Part shown: positions 1 to 10,131 of the stretch, piece by piece
Position numbering within the stretch: the stretch's first letter is position 1
How the letters are laid out: the number at the start of each line of letters is the position of its first letter
DNA from: Verrucomicrobiia bacterium
GTDB lineage: Bacteria > Verrucomicrobiota > Verrucomicrobiia > Limisphaerales > DSYF01
Reading direction: 5' to 3'
Assembly (NCBI GenBank): GCA_035765895.1
Contig: DASTWL010000080.1
Span: forward strand, 8,597-72,596
Length of the DNA stretch: 64,000 nt
The notes under the pieces: model-generated
The model's database searches: none
Seen by the model: only the letters and a program-made list of their open reading frames with translations
Told to the model about the DNA's origin: nothing
Position numbers and translations under genes: made by a program

Positions 1-666
1 GGCCTGGAGCTTCACCAGTTCCTGTTTGGCTTCTTCGAGCCGCGCGGGGTGGGCGTCGCACTCGGCGTTGATGACCTTGTAGAGCCGTTCGAGTTCGGCG
101 ATGGCGTCACGTTCGAGCGCGGGGCGATCCAGGATTTGTTTCCAGCCGAGCAGCAGCTTGCCGAATTGCGTGCCCCAATCGCCGATGTGGTTGTCGGTGA
201 TGACGCGGTGGCCGAGCAGGCGCAGGATGCGCTGGAGCGCGTCGCCGATGCCGGTGGATCGAATGTGCCCGACGTGCATCGGCTTGGCGACGTTCGGCGA
301 ACTGAAATCCACCACGACCGTGAGCGGATTGGCCGCGCGGCTAAAAAACAGATGCTGGCCCACGAGCGCTTCACCGAGGCACGCGGCCACGGCGGCGGGC
401 TTGAGGCGGAAATTGAGGAAGCCCGCGCCGGCGATTTCGACGGGTTCGCACCACGCGGCGACGTCGAGCTTGGCCTTCACCTGTTCGGCGAGTTGGCGCG
501 GGTTCAGCTTGCGCGCCTTGGCGAGGGCCATGAGGGCGTTGCTCTGGTAATCGCCGAATTTCGGGTCCGGGCACGGGCGCACGAGCACGGCGCTCACGTC
601 GGCGTCCGGCAGGACGGCGCGGACGGCGGCTTGCAGCGCGGCTTCAATGTGTTTGTTGGGCAGCAT
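1..666 (-). CDS. argS: Arginine--tRNA ligase, N-terminal part (gene runs off the left window edge)
   Basis: Absent from the ORF track because it is open to the window edge. My reverse-strand translation from ATG at 666 gives MLPNKHIEAALQAAV... In the same frame it gives TVVVDFSSPNVAKPMHVGHIRST, a class-I HIGH motif in typical ArgRS context. The + strand ORF 49..699 is its antisense shadow. Confidence 0.85.
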   Translation of the reverse strand, partial: MLPNKHIEAALQAAVRAVLPDADVSAVLVRPCPDPKFGDYQSNALMALAKARKLNPRQLAEQVKAKLDVAAWCEPVEIAGAGFLNFRLKPAAVAACLGEALVGQHLFFSRAANPLTVVVDFSSPNVAKPMHVGHIRSTGIGDALQRILRLLGHRVITDNHIGDWGTQFGKLLLGWKQILDRPALERDAIAELERLYKVINAECDAHPARLEEAKQELVKLQA

Positions 667-745
667 GACAGGATGCGTGAACACGTCACGCGGGCGTGAT
701 TATTGCTAAAGACGGATGAAAAACCAGACGAGAGAATGGGATCGA

Positions 746-1816
746 TCAGTGTTGACATAGCAGCGCTCGACGCGCGACACGCCACGAGCATCTGCGTTGA
801 ACACGCATGAGTTTTGAGAGTAGGCGAGACCTCAATTCTGGCTGGATACCGGATGAATCACTGGCGATCTGCGCTCCCCAGCAATCAGGGAAGTATGTGA
901 GCGACCACTTTGAATTACACGCAGCCTCCAGTTGCTTTGAGAACGGATGACGTTCGAGATCCGCAAGCTCACCGGAGCGATTGACTGTCTTTATGGCAGC
1001 CAGAATTTTGTGAGCGAGGCAGCGCCAGCAGCGAACGTCCAGATGCCTCGAAACATTTTCGAGCGCCAGCTTGAGTAAATCCAAAGGAACATTGCGCAGA
1101 TTTAAGTCTTGAATCCGTGCCCAGTTCTCTGGGAAATCCCAAAAACTTGAGGTATGAGCATCTGCGAGCGCACGGATTATCGAGGTTGGACCGTCATACT
1201 GGATGCGATTGAGCTCAAGCAGCCTGGCAGAACGGATTTGCTCTTGGCGCGCTCGCTCTGCCATTTCCTGTTCCTCTTGGGTTCTGCGCTCAAGCTCGCG
1301 CCTTTCCAGTTCCGCACGCCACAAAGGCAACGCATCACGCAAAACCTGATACCCACTCGCAACGGGATGGTAGTAATCAAACAGGGCAATTGTATCCTGA
1401 AGCCTGCTTTCTGCACGAATCGCAGCTTCCAACAGAAGAGGCGCAATGGTGGGATGCTGGTGAAATTTGCGTTGAAATGGAGCGGAGCCGCGTTTGATAA
1501 ACCACTGGTGATTGTCGGTGGATGCAAGGCGGATGATTTGCCAAGCAAGCGAGCCGCTGAAGGGAGCACGTAAAGAAAGATTCGTAATAAAGCGGTCAAA
1601 CTCGAATTGGTTCAACAGGAGGACGAGCCCAAGCAAAGGGCGGGGGTTGTCGAAGTCCGGCTCATCGCAGGCCGCAAGCGCGTCGACGAAAGATTGGCGA
1701 ATTCCGTCACTCGTAGAATCAAACCTCTCTTGAATGCCAAGGTCACACTTTAGACAGAAGCCACGACAGCGTCTGTCCAAGCCCAACGACCTTGTTGCCG
1801 TTTCAATGGCAGTCAT
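746..1816 (-). CDS. Hypothetical protein (356 aa), no family recognised; lies in a lower-GC patch
   Basis: Long uninterrupted ORF with ordinary amino-acid composition and a Glu/Arg-rich helical stretch (ELERRELERRTQEEQEMAERARQEQ). Spot GC of line 1141-1200 is 29/60, versus 39/60 in a typical background line. Confidence 0.6.
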   Translation of the reverse strand: MTAIETATRSLGLDRRCRGFCLKCDLGIQERFDSTSDGIRQSFVDALAACDEPDFDNPRPLLGLVLLLNQFEFDRFITNLSLRAPFSGSLAWQIIRLASTDNHQWFIKRGSAPFQRKFHQHPTIAPLLLEAAIRAESRLQDTIALFDYYHPVASGYQVLRDALPLWRAELERRELERRTQEEQEMAERARQEQIRSARLLELNRIQYDGPTSIIRALADAHTSSFWDFPENWARIQDLNLRNVPLDLLKLALENVSRHLDVRCWRCLAHKILAAIKTVNRSGELADLERHPFSKQLEAACNSKWSLTYFPDCWGAQIASDSSGIQPELRSRLLSKLMRVQRRCSWRVARRALLCQH

Positions 1817-1892
1817 TTGAGTTGCCTCAAAGGAATTCCGCCTCTGTCAAATTGCAGCGTCTCAAAGCGAAAGGAGGCGCAAAACACCCTTT

Positions 1893-2357
1893 CTACTTCT
1901 TCCCCTGCTCCTTGATCGCCTGGAGCATGGAGTCCGAGTCGGGGGCTTGTTCGAGCGCCTGACGGAAATCGGACTTGTGGAGCATTTTGGCGATGTTGGC
2001 GAGGGTGTGGAGGTGTTTCTGAAACTGGCCTTGCGGAACGAGGAAGAGCATCACGAGGTGAACCGGCTGATTGTCGAGGGCGTTGAAGTCCACACCCTGC
2101 TTGGACCGGCCCAGCGCGCCGACGACTTCGTAGATCAGGTCCGTGGACGCGTGCGGAATACCGATGCCGAAGCCAATGCCGGTGCTCATCGAGGTCTCGC
2201 GCTTGCGCACCACAGCCGTGATCGCCTCCCGATGCTCAGGCTTGATCTTGCCGGTGACGACGAGGTTGTTGATCAACTCATCAATCGCCTGCCAGCGATC
2301 CGCCGCCTGCAAGTCGGGGACGATCTGCTCTTTGGCGAGTATGTCTCCAAGGTCCAT
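1893..2357 (-). CDS. ptsN: PTS EIIA(Ntr)-type nitrogen regulatory protein
   Basis: MDLGDILAKEQIVPDLQAADRWQAIDELI..., GIGIPHAS (phosphorylatable His context) and the conserved LFLVPQ tail match PTS_EIIA_2/PtsN. I chose the ATG at 2357 over the longer 2393 start because it gives the canonical N-terminus. Confidence 0.8.
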   Translation of the reverse strand: MDLGDILAKEQIVPDLQAADRWQAIDELINNLVVTGKIKPEHREAITAVVRKRETSMSTGIGFGIGIPHASTDLIYEVVGALGRSKQGVDFNALDNQPVHLVMLFLVPQGQFQKHLHTLANIAKMLHKSDFRQALEQAPDSDSMLQAIKEQGKK

Positions 2358-2440
2358 AGATTTAATCCGCAATCGGGATTTCGCCCGAAACAATCCGGCA
2401 ATTCAAGACAGAATTCAGCCGGAATAGTTACGGACCGGTC

Positions 2441-3205
2441 TCAGATGGCGGTGCGCAATGCGTGGAGCACCTGTGTGGTTCCTTCCACCCACCAATGCCC
2501 CACCGTCACCAGGTTGGTCCGGGACGTCAGCAGCGGCAGCCCAACCAGCAGCAGGCCGATGTTGCCCAGGAAAATGACCACGGCGGAAAACAAATAGCCG
2601 TGTTCCGTGATGTCCGTCTGCCGGCTTTGCAGCACGTAGCCCGTCAAAGTGACGTGAAAGGCGTAGGCGGCCCCGAGCAGCAGGTGGAACCAGACGGCAA
2701 AGCGTTGCCAGTTCCACACCCAATGGCCGAGCGCAAACAGGCCAACCACCAGCGCGGCGTAAAGCGGGAAGAAGTAAGGCGCCAGGGCGATGAGAAAGTT
2801 GGTTTTGGTCACGATGACGTGCCCGCCTTTGGAGGTGACCTTCAGGCGTTTCACTTCGCCGCCGAACAGCCATGCCCAGAGCGCGTGGGTCAGCTCGTGG
2901 CCGAGCACATACACCCACATGGGTTTGGGCAGAATGAAGAAAATCGCCAGCCAGCAACCGGCCCCTGCCAGGGTCGCCACCCAGATGGCGTCGGCCTGGC
3001 CCGTGGCGAGAATGACCCGCCACAACGCCAGCCCCGCCCCCGCGCACACCGGCAGGAGCAGAATGGCGATGATGAACTTGAACCACTTCGGCACGGCGGA
3101 AGAAAAGGCGAAGCCCGTCGCTGTGGCGAGCCGAAAGCCGGCGAAATGTCCGCGATTGCACTTTCCACTTTGAACTTGGCGCGGTGAATTTACGATGGCG
3201 CGCAT
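2441..3205 (-). CDS. Integral-membrane zinc metalloprotease-like protein (Peptidase_M50B-like, HExxH)
   Basis: Multi-TM protein with GHELTHALWAWLFGGEV (HExxH in a TM context). The start is uncertain because the longest ORF overlaps the divergent pyrE start. Confidence 0.6.
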   Translation of the reverse strand: MRAIVNSPRQVQSGKCNRGHFAGFRLATATGFAFSSAVPKWFKFIIAILLLPVCAGAGLALWRVILATGQADAIWVATLAGAGCWLAIFFILPKPMWVYVLGHELTHALWAWLFGGEVKRLKVTSKGGHVIVTKTNFLIALAPYFFPLYAALVVGLFALGHWVWNWQRFAVWFHLLLGAAYAFHVTLTGYVLQSRQTDITEHGYLFSAVVIFLGNIGLLLVGLPLLTSRTNLVTVGHWWVEGTTQVLHALRTAI

Positions 3206-3770
3206 GACACAAGACGAGGTGTTGGCTGTGTTTCGCCGGACGGGCGCGCTGCGGGAAGGGCATTTTATTCTCCGCAGCGGCCTGCATAGCCGGCAATTTT
3301 TTCAGTGCGCGCTCGCGTTGCAGCACATGCCCGACGTGGAAAGGCTGGGCGCGGCGCTGGCGGAAAAGACGCGGCCTTTGGGCGTGACCACGGTGGTTTC
3401 ACCGGCCATGGGCGGACTGGTCATCGGCCAGGAAGTGGCGCGTCAACTGGGCGTGCGCTTCATCTTCGTCGAGAAAGAGGAGGGAAAACTCGTCCTCCGC
3501 CGCGGCTTCAAGATCCCGGCCGGCGAAAAGATTCTCGTTGTCGAGGACGTCGTCACCAAGGGCGGGCGCGTGCAGGAGACGATGGACATCGTCAGTTCGA
3601 ACGGCGGCACCGTGGCGGGCGTGGCGATGGTGGTGGACCGCTCGAATGGCGGCGTGAATCTCGGCGTGCCCGCGTTCAGCCTCCTGGCGCTCAAGGTTGA
3701 GGCGTTTCCGGCGGACAGCCTGCCGCCCGATCTCGCGGCACTTCCGGCCGTGAAGCCGGGGAGCAAGTAG
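3195..3770 (+). CDS. pyrE: Orotate phosphoribosyltransferase
   Basis: REGHFILRSGLHSRQFFQC and the PRPP-binding loop ILVVEDVVTKGGR are typical of PyrE. An alternative start is at 3204. Confidence 0.85.
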   Translation: MARMTQDEVLAVFRRTGALREGHFILRSGLHSRQFFQCALALQHMPDVERLGAALAEKTRPLGVTTVVSPAMGGLVIGQEVARQLGVRFIFVEKEEGKLVLRRGFKIPAGEKILVVEDVVTKGGRVQETMDIVSSNGGTVAGVAMVVDRSNGGVNLGVPAFSLLALKVEAFPADSLPPDLAALPAVKPGSK

Positions 3771-3911
3771 GCGGGGTCGAATTGCAGCGGGTGTGAATTT
3801 CCACCGGCCGACGAGGGTGGTTCGGCACGCCGGCGTGATTTGACATTCGCACCATTTACTGGAGCGCAAAATTGAGCTTTGAAGTTGACGCCTGCCCGTT
3901 AGCCTTGCCGC

Positions 3912-4586
3912 ATGTTCAAACCGGCCGATTTGTTCGATCTGGCGCAGACGGAACACGCCGCCCTGTTTGAGGGCTGCGACTTCGCGTGGAGCGCGTTGAA
4001 GCGGATCAAGGATTACCTCGCCGCCAGCCCGCGCCGCGGCCTGCACAACCGCTGTGAAGGCGTCGCCTTCATCGGCGAGAACGTCTTCATCGGCGAAGGC
4101 ACCGTGGTTGAGGACGGCGTGATGATCAAGGGGCCGGCCATCATCGGCCGCAACTGTCAGATCCGGCACAACGCCTACTTCCGCGAGCACGTCATCGTGG
4201 GCGACGATTGCGTGGTGGGCAATGCGTGCGAACTCAAAAACGCGCTGTTGTTCAACGGCTGCCAGGTGCCGCACTTCAACTACGTGGGCGACTCCATTCT
4301 CGGGCACAAGGTTCACCTCGGCGCGGGCGTGGTGCTGTCGAATGTGAAATCCATCAAGGGCAACGTGGTGGTGCAACACGGAACGGAGCGACACGACACC
4401 GGCCTGCGCAAATTTGGAGCGCTCGTGGGCGACGGCGTGGAAATCGGCTGCAACACCGTGCTGAATCCGGGCAGCGTCATCGGCCGGCACGCGCTGATTT
4501 ACCCGGCGGTCAACTGGCGCGGCGTGCTGCCCGCCGGAAACATCGCCAAGAACAAGTCGATGGTTGAAGTGGTCGCCCGCCGGTGA
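3912..4586 (+). CDS. Left-handed beta-helix (hexapeptide-repeat) transferase, GlmU C-terminal-like
   Basis: Successive hexapeptide-type repeats (IGENVFIGEGTVVEDGVMIKGPAIIGRNCQIRHNAYFREHVIVGDDCVVGNACELKNALL...). Confidence 0.7.
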   Translation: MFKPADLFDLAQTEHAALFEGCDFAWSALKRIKDYLAASPRRGLHNRCEGVAFIGENVFIGEGTVVEDGVMIKGPAIIGRNCQIRHNAYFREHVIVGDDCVVGNACELKNALLFNGCQVPHFNYVGDSILGHKVHLGAGVVLSNVKSIKGNVVVQHGTERHDTGLRKFGALVGDGVEIGCNTVLNPGSVIGRHALIYPAVNWRGVLPAGNIAKNKSMVEVVARR

Positions 4587-4652
4587 GAGCCTGCAAAGAA
4601 CGGTCAAAGGTCGGCAATTCCCGTGTGGCTGCGCAGTGGTGATTGTCCCTGA

Positions 4653-5432
4653 ATGAGGGCGAACCACGGAAAGCTTATGACCGAAGTCAATGACCGGGCA
4701 GCCTGGCTCGTCGGCGGAGCAGCCCACTGCAATCATCCCCCGCGTCCGCGCTTACACCCTTACCGTCTCGTGCTGCTGGGCGCGCCCGGCGTGGGCAAGG
4801 GAACGCAGGCGGAATTAATTTGTGAACGACTCGGCACCTGTCAGCTCTCCACCGGCGATGTGTTCCGCGCCGCGCGGACACAGTGCAATTGTCATTCCAG
4901 TCCGGCCCTGGCTGCGGCGCTGGATTTCATGCGCCGCGGTGAACTTGTTCCGGACGAAACCGTGCTGCAAATTGTCCGCGAACGCGCGGCCTGCCTTGAT
5001 TGCGGCGGCGGGTTCGTGCTCGATGGCTTTCCGCGCACGGTCGCACAGGCCGAGGCCCTGGCCCAGTTGTTTGCGGAGCATCACATCGCACCCAAGGCCG
5101 TCATCAACTACGAACTGCCGCTGGAAACCATCGTGGGACGGCTCAGCGGGCGACGCACCTGCGCCACGTGCAAGGCCGTGTATCACGTGGACGCGAAACC
5201 GCCGAAGACGCCGGACCGTTGTGATCATTGCGGCGGCCGGCTTGTGCAACGGGAGGACGACCGTCCGGAAGCCGTGCGTGTGCGCATGGCGGCCTACCTG
5301 AAAAGCACCGCGCCGTTGACGGAGTATTATCGCCAGCGCGACTTGCTGGTGAACATCCTGGCCAATGGTTCGCCCGAAGAAATTTTTCAGCACACCCTTC
5401 AGGCACTTCAGGCGCGCGCCGACGTGGCGTAG
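4653..5432 (+). CDS. adk: Adenylate kinase (zinc-lid type)
   Basis: P-loop LLGAPGVGKGTQ and lid CATCKAVYHVDAKPPKTPDRCDHCGG (CxxC-x16-CxxC). The N-terminal extension means the real start may be 4677 or later. Confidence 0.85.
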   Translation: MRANHGKLMTEVNDRAAWLVGGAAHCNHPPRPRLHPYRLVLLGAPGVGKGTQAELICERLGTCQLSTGDVFRAARTQCNCHSSPALAAALDFMRRGELVPDETVLQIVRERAACLDCGGGFVLDGFPRTVAQAEALAQLFAEHHIAPKAVINYELPLETIVGRLSGRRTCATCKAVYHVDAKPPKTPDRCDHCGGRLVQREDDRPEAVRVRMAAYLKSTAPLTEYYRQRDLLVNILANGSPEEIFQHTLQALQARADVA

Positions 5433-5629
5433 CGCTGCATTGCCCCTTTGCCAAACTCCGCTACCTTGCCCCCGCGCGTGCAGCCGGCGGCCGTTGTTTG
5501 ACGGCAACTCGCTGTGATTCAGTCCGGTGCGTAGCTGATGCCCGGCTGAATAGCCGCCCTCCCAGACCAGTCGAATGAGACGAGGGTGAGCAGGCACGAA
5601 CTGTGATACCCTTAAAGTAGGTGAAGCGT

Positions 5630-7849
5630 ATGAAAACGAAACTGGTGGTGTTGGCGACCGCGATCCTGCCCCTGCTGGCCGGGTGCAACGAGGCGCGGTC
5701 CGAGCCGGAAGTCACTGGTGGCACGAATGTCGTGACCGCGATGCCCGCAGTGACAAACCCGCCGGCGGCCATGGCGACCGCGGCGCCCGACGAGGCGGTG
5801 CCCGCCGGACAGGTGGTGAACACTGAGAGTGCACCCCCGAGCAGTGTAAAGCTTTCCCCCGCGGCCTCAGAAATCGTGAAACTGGCCCAAGCGGGCGTGG
5901 ATTCGAGCGTGATGCTCGCCTACGTGACCAATTCGGTGCACACCTTCGGTCTGGCGGCGGACGAAATTGTCTATCTGAACGACCTTGGCATTCCGGCGCC
6001 CGTGATGACGGCGATGATCCAGCATGACCAACAAGTGCGCGAGGCTTCGCTGGCCGGCGCCACTGTGACTTCGCCCGCGACCCCCGCTCCGGCCCAGTCG
6101 GTCTGGGCCACACCCGCCACCGCGCCGGCCACCAACACGTGGCAACAGCCGGTGGCCGAGGCGGCCCCGGCGGCGCAAGTGGACACGACGACGACTGTGC
6201 CGCCCCCGCCGGCAGAGGAACGGCCGGATCAAACGACGGTCAATTACTTCTACGATTCGCTTTCGCCCTACGGCACGTGGATTGACATCGATGGCTACGG
6301 ACGTTGCTGGCGGCCCACGGTCGTGGTCACGTATCCCGGCTGGCGGCCGTATTGCAATGGTGGCCATTGGGTGTGGACGGACAGCGGGTGGTATTGGTAT
6401 TCGGATTACTCCTGGGGTTGGGCGCCATTCCATTATGGCCGGTGGTTTAGCCATCCCCGCTGGGGTTGGTGCTGGATGCCGGGCTCAACGTGGGGCCCCT
6501 CGTGGGTGAGCTGGCGTTATTCGGACGCTTACTGCGGTTGGGCGCCGTTGCCGCCTGCGGCGTATTACTCGCCCAGCATCGGCTTCAGTTACTTTGGCAG
6601 TTCGTGTGGCGTGGGGTTCTCGTTCGGGCTGACGTGGGATTACTTCACGTTCGTGAGCTATCACGATTTCTGCGGCCATCATTACGACCACCACCGTGTT
6701 CCGCGGCATGAAGCTGTCCAAGTTTACAACCACACGACCGTGGTGAACAACATCATCCGCGGCAACAACAACACCATCATCAACCAGGGCATCGCGCCGT
6801 CGCGGATCACCGCGGCGACCGGCACGGCCATCCATCCCGTCACCATTCGCGGCGTCACGGGCGTGCATGGCGGAACGATCACGCGGCACGAGGCAATTGC
6901 TTCGGATGGCAAGACACTGACCGTGGTGCGGGCCAATGTGCCGGGCAATGAACATCATGCGGTGACGGGTGGCACGCCGCTGCCGACCCGGGGCGGAGCG
7001 CAGGGCTTGACCACGGGCAATGCCGCGCCAACCAATCCTCGTCACACCGTGCCCACGCGCACGGTGACGCCGGGTCATAATACAGCCGGACCCGGAGCGC
7101 CGGGCAATGTCGCGAGTCATGTGCCCAACACGCCGCAAACGCCGGCCCCCGCTGCGACGCCGGCGCCGCCTGCCACACATAACGTGGCCGCTCCCACCGG
7201 CCCGTGGGCTCCGGCCTCGCCACCGCGGGCAACGCACCCGCCGCGTTCGGAAGTCAACGGCGGGGCGCTGATCATCCGCTCTGAACCGGCCGCGAATACG
7301 CGGGCCAACACGCCGGCCCCTGCGCCTGCCGCTCCGGTGCCCGTGCGGCAGCCGGCAACCACGACCACGCCGCCCCGTGTCAACACGCCCGCGGCCACGC
7401 CGTGGTTGAACAACACGCGGTCGCAGCCGCAACCGAACGTCAAAGCGAATCCGGCAAACCCGATGCCCAGCACGTGGCAGCACACGTCGCCGTGGAGCCA
7501 GAACACTGTTCGCGTGATCCGGCAGGCTCCACAGAACAATTACACGCCGGCCGCGCCGGCGCCCGTGACGCCGCCGCGCAACAATTATCAGGCGCCCACG
7601 TATCAGACGCCGAGCGCGCCGCGCATCGAGCGGTCCGCACCGGCCTATTCCGCCCCGGCGCCGGCCCAAAATTTCCGGTCTTACTCGCCCCCGGCCACGC
7701 GCAGCTACGAGCCGCCGCGGACGTATTCGGCGCCATCCTATTCACCGCCGCGCGCCCCGGCCGCGCCCCCGGCCGCGTCGCATTCATCGGGCCGGTCTTA
7801 CGACTCGGGCGGTTCCCGGGGCGGTGGAAAAGCCGAACGAGGGCGTTGA
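5630..7849 (+). CDS. Proline-rich lipoprotein with a Trp-rich YXWGXW-type repeat core
   Basis: Lipobox MKTKLVVLATAILPLLAGC, with AGGTGA 7 nt upstream of ATG 5630. The core is GHWVWTDSGWYWYSDYSWGWAPFHYGRWFSHPRWGWCWMPGSTWGPSWVSWRY. A Pro/Ala/Thr-rich tail of about 300 aa ends in SY/YS-PP repeats. Confidence 0.8.
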   Translation: MKTKLVVLATAILPLLAGCNEARSEPEVTGGTNVVTAMPAVTNPPAAMATAAPDEAVPAGQVVNTESAPPSSVKLSPAASEIVKLAQAGVDSSVMLAYVTNSVHTFGLAADEIVYLNDLGIPAPVMTAMIQHDQQVREASLAGATVTSPATPAPAQSVWATPATAPATNTWQQPVAEAAPAAQVDTTTTVPPPPAEERPDQTTVNYFYDSLSPYGTWIDIDGYGRCWRPTVVVTYPGWRPYCNGGHWVWTDSGWYWYSDYSWGWAPFHYGRWFSHPRWGWCWMPGSTWGPSWVSWRYSDAYCGWAPLPPAAYYSPSIGFSYFGSSCGVGFSFGLTWDYFTFVSYHDFCGHHYDHHRVPRHEAVQVYNHTTVVNNIIRGNNNTIINQGIAPSRITAATGTAIHPVTIRGVTGVHGGTITRHEAIASDGKTLTVVRANVPGNEHHAVTGGTPLPTRGGAQGLTTGNAAPTNPRHTVPTRTVTPGHNTAGPGAPGNVASHVPNTPQTPAPAATPAPPATHNVAAPTGPWAPASPPRATHPPRSEVNGGALIIRSEPAANTRANTPAPAPAAPVPVRQPATTTTPPRVNTPAATPWLNNTRSQPQPNVKANPANPMPSTWQHTSPWSQNTVRVIRQAPQNNYTPAAPAPVTPPRNNYQAPTYQTPSAPRIERSAPAYSAPAPAQNFRSYSPPATRSYEPPRTYSAPSYSPPRAPAAPPAASHSSGRSYDSGGSRGGGKAERGR

Positions 7850-7852
7850 TTC

Positions 7853-8830
7853 ATGGCGCACCACCTGATCGTGAAGACGGAGCGGCACCTTCGTTTCGGG
7901 ACGGGTTGCCTGTTGCTGTTGCTGTTCTTGGGCAGTGGCGCGGCGGCACGGGCCGACAGCGCGACGCTTTACGCCACGCAATTCGAACCGGGCGAGGGTT
8001 TCAGCACGGATTTTTACCTGGCCGGTCAAGGCGGGTGGATGAGCTCCGGTTCGGGCGGGAACGGGGTGGTGTCCAACTACATTGAAAACCTCGGGCAACA
8101 GGCCTACGTGGGCTACTTCCCGCCCGATCCTGGCGATGCGGCCCTCTTCGTTTGGCATCCGGTCAATTACTACCCCAGCAACGCTCCCAAGGTCCGCTTC
8201 TCCGTGGAAATGGCCGTCATCGATTCCACGACCAACCAGCCCAACCGCGACCAATTCCGCTGGGCGGTTTACAACGTTGCCGGGGATCCATTGTTCTCGC
8301 TCTTGTTTGACAACGCGGACCTCTCCATCTGGCGCGGGCTGGACAATGGAAATTTTTATGACACGGGCTGGGGCTTCACCAACAGCGAGTCCTACACCCT
8401 CGAAGTGGCGATGGATTTTGCCGTCAACCGCTGGAACGCCTGGCTGAATGGCGTGCAAATCGTGACGAACTCGCAGATGACCACCCAGAGCGCTGCGCTC
8501 AATTTTGGCGATGCGGATGCCGTGTGGGTGCCGGCGGATTCGTCCCAGCCGGGCGACAACTATCTGCTGTTCGACAATTACGCGATCACGGTGGATGCGC
8601 CGGTTCAGATTGATGCCAGCCTGCAACCGCCGCTGGCCGTGGGCGGCGGCCAGTATGTGCTTCGCGTCAAGGGCAAGGAAAACGCGCGTTACGCCGTTGA
8701 GGCGAGCACCAATTTGTTGAACTGGCTGCCGCTGAAAACGAACGTCGTGACGGGCGGCTACTTCGATTACCTCGACGCCGGCGCGGCCGGCTTGAAACAA
8801 CGCTTCTATCGCGCCCGGTGGGTGCCTTAA
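7853..8830 (+). CDS. Secreted hypothetical protein with C-terminal FYR-type beta-sandwich-like module
   Basis: Signal-like N-terminus ([16 protein letters not shown]). It starts 4 nt after the upstream lipoprotein stop. The C-terminus is [21 protein letters not shown]...RFYRARWVP. Confidence 0.7.
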   Translation: MAHHLIVKTERHLRFGTGCLLLLLFLGSGAAARADSATLYATQFEPGEGFSTDFYLAGQGGWMSSGSGGNGVVSNYIENLGQQAYVGYFPPDPGDAALFVWHPVNYYPSNAPKVRFSVEMAVIDSTTNQPNRDQFRWAVYNVAGDPLFSLLFDNADLSIWRGLDNGNFYDTGWGFTNSESYTLEVAMDFAVNRWNAWLNGVQIVTNSQMTTQSAALNFGDADAVWVPADSSQPGDNYLLFDNYAITVDAPVQIDASLQPPLAVGGGQYVLRVKGKENARYAVEASTNLLNWLPLKTNVVTGGYFDYLDAGAAGLKQRFYRARWVP

Positions 8831-10041
8831 AACGGCATCTGCAAACCCACCTTGTCGGCCACTTGCGCCACGTCCTTGTCGCCGCGGCCGGAGAGATTCA
8901 CGATGACCAGGGATTCCTTGTCCAGCTTCGGCACGCGTTTGATGGCTTCGGCAATCGCGTGCGAGCTTTCCAGCGCGGGGATGATGCCTTCCAGCCGCGC
9001 GAGCCGGTTGAAGGCGTCCAGCGCCTCGGCGTCGGTGGCGTAGGTGTATTCCGCGCGGCCGGCGTCCCGCAACCACGCATGCTCGGGCCCCACCGCGGCG
9101 TAATCCAGTCCGGCGCTCACGCTGTGGGTGAGCTGAATCTGCCCGTAGTCGTCCTGCAAAATGTAACTGCGCGTGCCCTGCAGCACGCCGAGTGAACCGC
9201 CCTGAAACCGCGCCGCGTGTTGCTCGGGCCGGATGCCCAGCCCGCCGGCCTCGACGCCGGTCAGCTTCACGGTCGGGTCGTTGAGAAACGCGTAGAAGAG
9301 GCCGATGGCGTTCGAGCCGCCGCCGACGCAGGCGATGAGCTGGTCCGGGAGGCGGTTTTCCTTTTCGAGAATTTGCGCCCGCGCCTCGTCGCCGATGACG
9401 CGCTGAAAGTTGCGGACCATTTCCGGATACGGGTGCGCGCCGTAAGCCGTGCCGAGGATGTAGTGCGTGCTGCGGACGTTCGTGACCCAGTCGCGCATGG
9501 CCTCGTTCACGGCCTCCTTGAGGGTTTGCTGGCCGGCCTTCACGGGCACCACGTCGGCGCCGAGCATTTTCATGCGGAACACGTTCAACTTCTGTCGTTC
9601 GCAGTCCACTGCGCCCATGTAGATGACGCATTTCAGGCCGAACATGGCGGCGACGGTGGCCGTGGCGACGCCGTGCTGGCCCGCGCCGGTTTCGGCGATG
9701 ATGCGCGTCTTGCCCATGCGCCGGGCGAGGAGAATCTGGCCCATGGCGTTGTTGATCTTGTGGGCGCCGGTGTGCAACAGATCCTCGCGCTTGAGATAAA
9801 TTTTTGCCCCGCCCAGCTCGCGCGTCAGGCGTTCGGCGAAGTAAAGCGGCGTGGGCCGGCCGCAGAACTCGCGGAGGTAGTATTCAAACTCGTGGCGAAA
9901 TTCCGGGTCCTGCTGCGCCCGGCGGTATTCGGCCTCCAGCTCCTGCAACGGGTGCATGAGCGTTTCGGGCACATAGCGGCCGCCATAGGGACCGAAATGG
10001 CCCTGCGCATCCGGCAGGCTGAGATCAGCGACGTTGTTCAT
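8827..10041 (-). CDS. trpB: Tryptophan synthase beta chain
   Basis: [26 protein letters not shown] (PLP lysine) and GGGSNAIG. I chose the start at ATG 10041 (MNNVADL); the 575-aa track ORF carries a spurious N-terminal extension. Confidence 0.95.
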   Translation of the reverse strand: MNNVADLSLPDAQGHFGPYGGRYVPETLMHPLQELEAEYRRAQQDPEFRHEFEYYLREFCGRPTPLYFAERLTRELGGAKIYLKREDLLHTGAHKINNAMGQILLARRMGKTRIIAETGAGQHGVATATVAAMFGLKCVIYMGAVDCERQKLNVFRMKMLGADVVPVKAGQQTLKEAVNEAMRDWVTNVRSTHYILGTAYGAHPYPEMVRNFQRVIGDEARAQILEKENRLPDQLIACVGGGSNAIGLFYAFLNDPTVKLTGVEAGGLGIRPEQHAARFQGGSLGVLQGTRSYILQDDYGQIQLTHSVSAGLDYAAVGPEHAWLRDAGRAEYTYATDAEALDAFNRLARLEGIIPALESSHAIAEAIKRVPKLDKESLVIVNLSGRGDKDVAQVADKVGLQMPF

Positions 10042-10131
10042 GACAAAGCGCCCGGAATGTCGCGCAAAGTGGCGGTGCCGCCAAGTGATTTTCCCCTTGC
10101 GCCCCAATCGCCGCCGCCGCCGAATGGTTCC

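Noticed and set aside
3399-4736. 445-aa minus-strand ORF
   Set aside because: It is antisense to pyrE and the hexapeptide-transferase gene. It has Arg/His/Ala/Gly-rich junk composition and no motif. It is a typical high-GC shadow ORF.
7784-9631. 615-aa minus-strand ORF
   Set aside because: It is antisense to the secreted-protein gene 7853-8830 and out of frame across trpB. Its extreme Arg/Gly/His content marks it as a shadow ORF.
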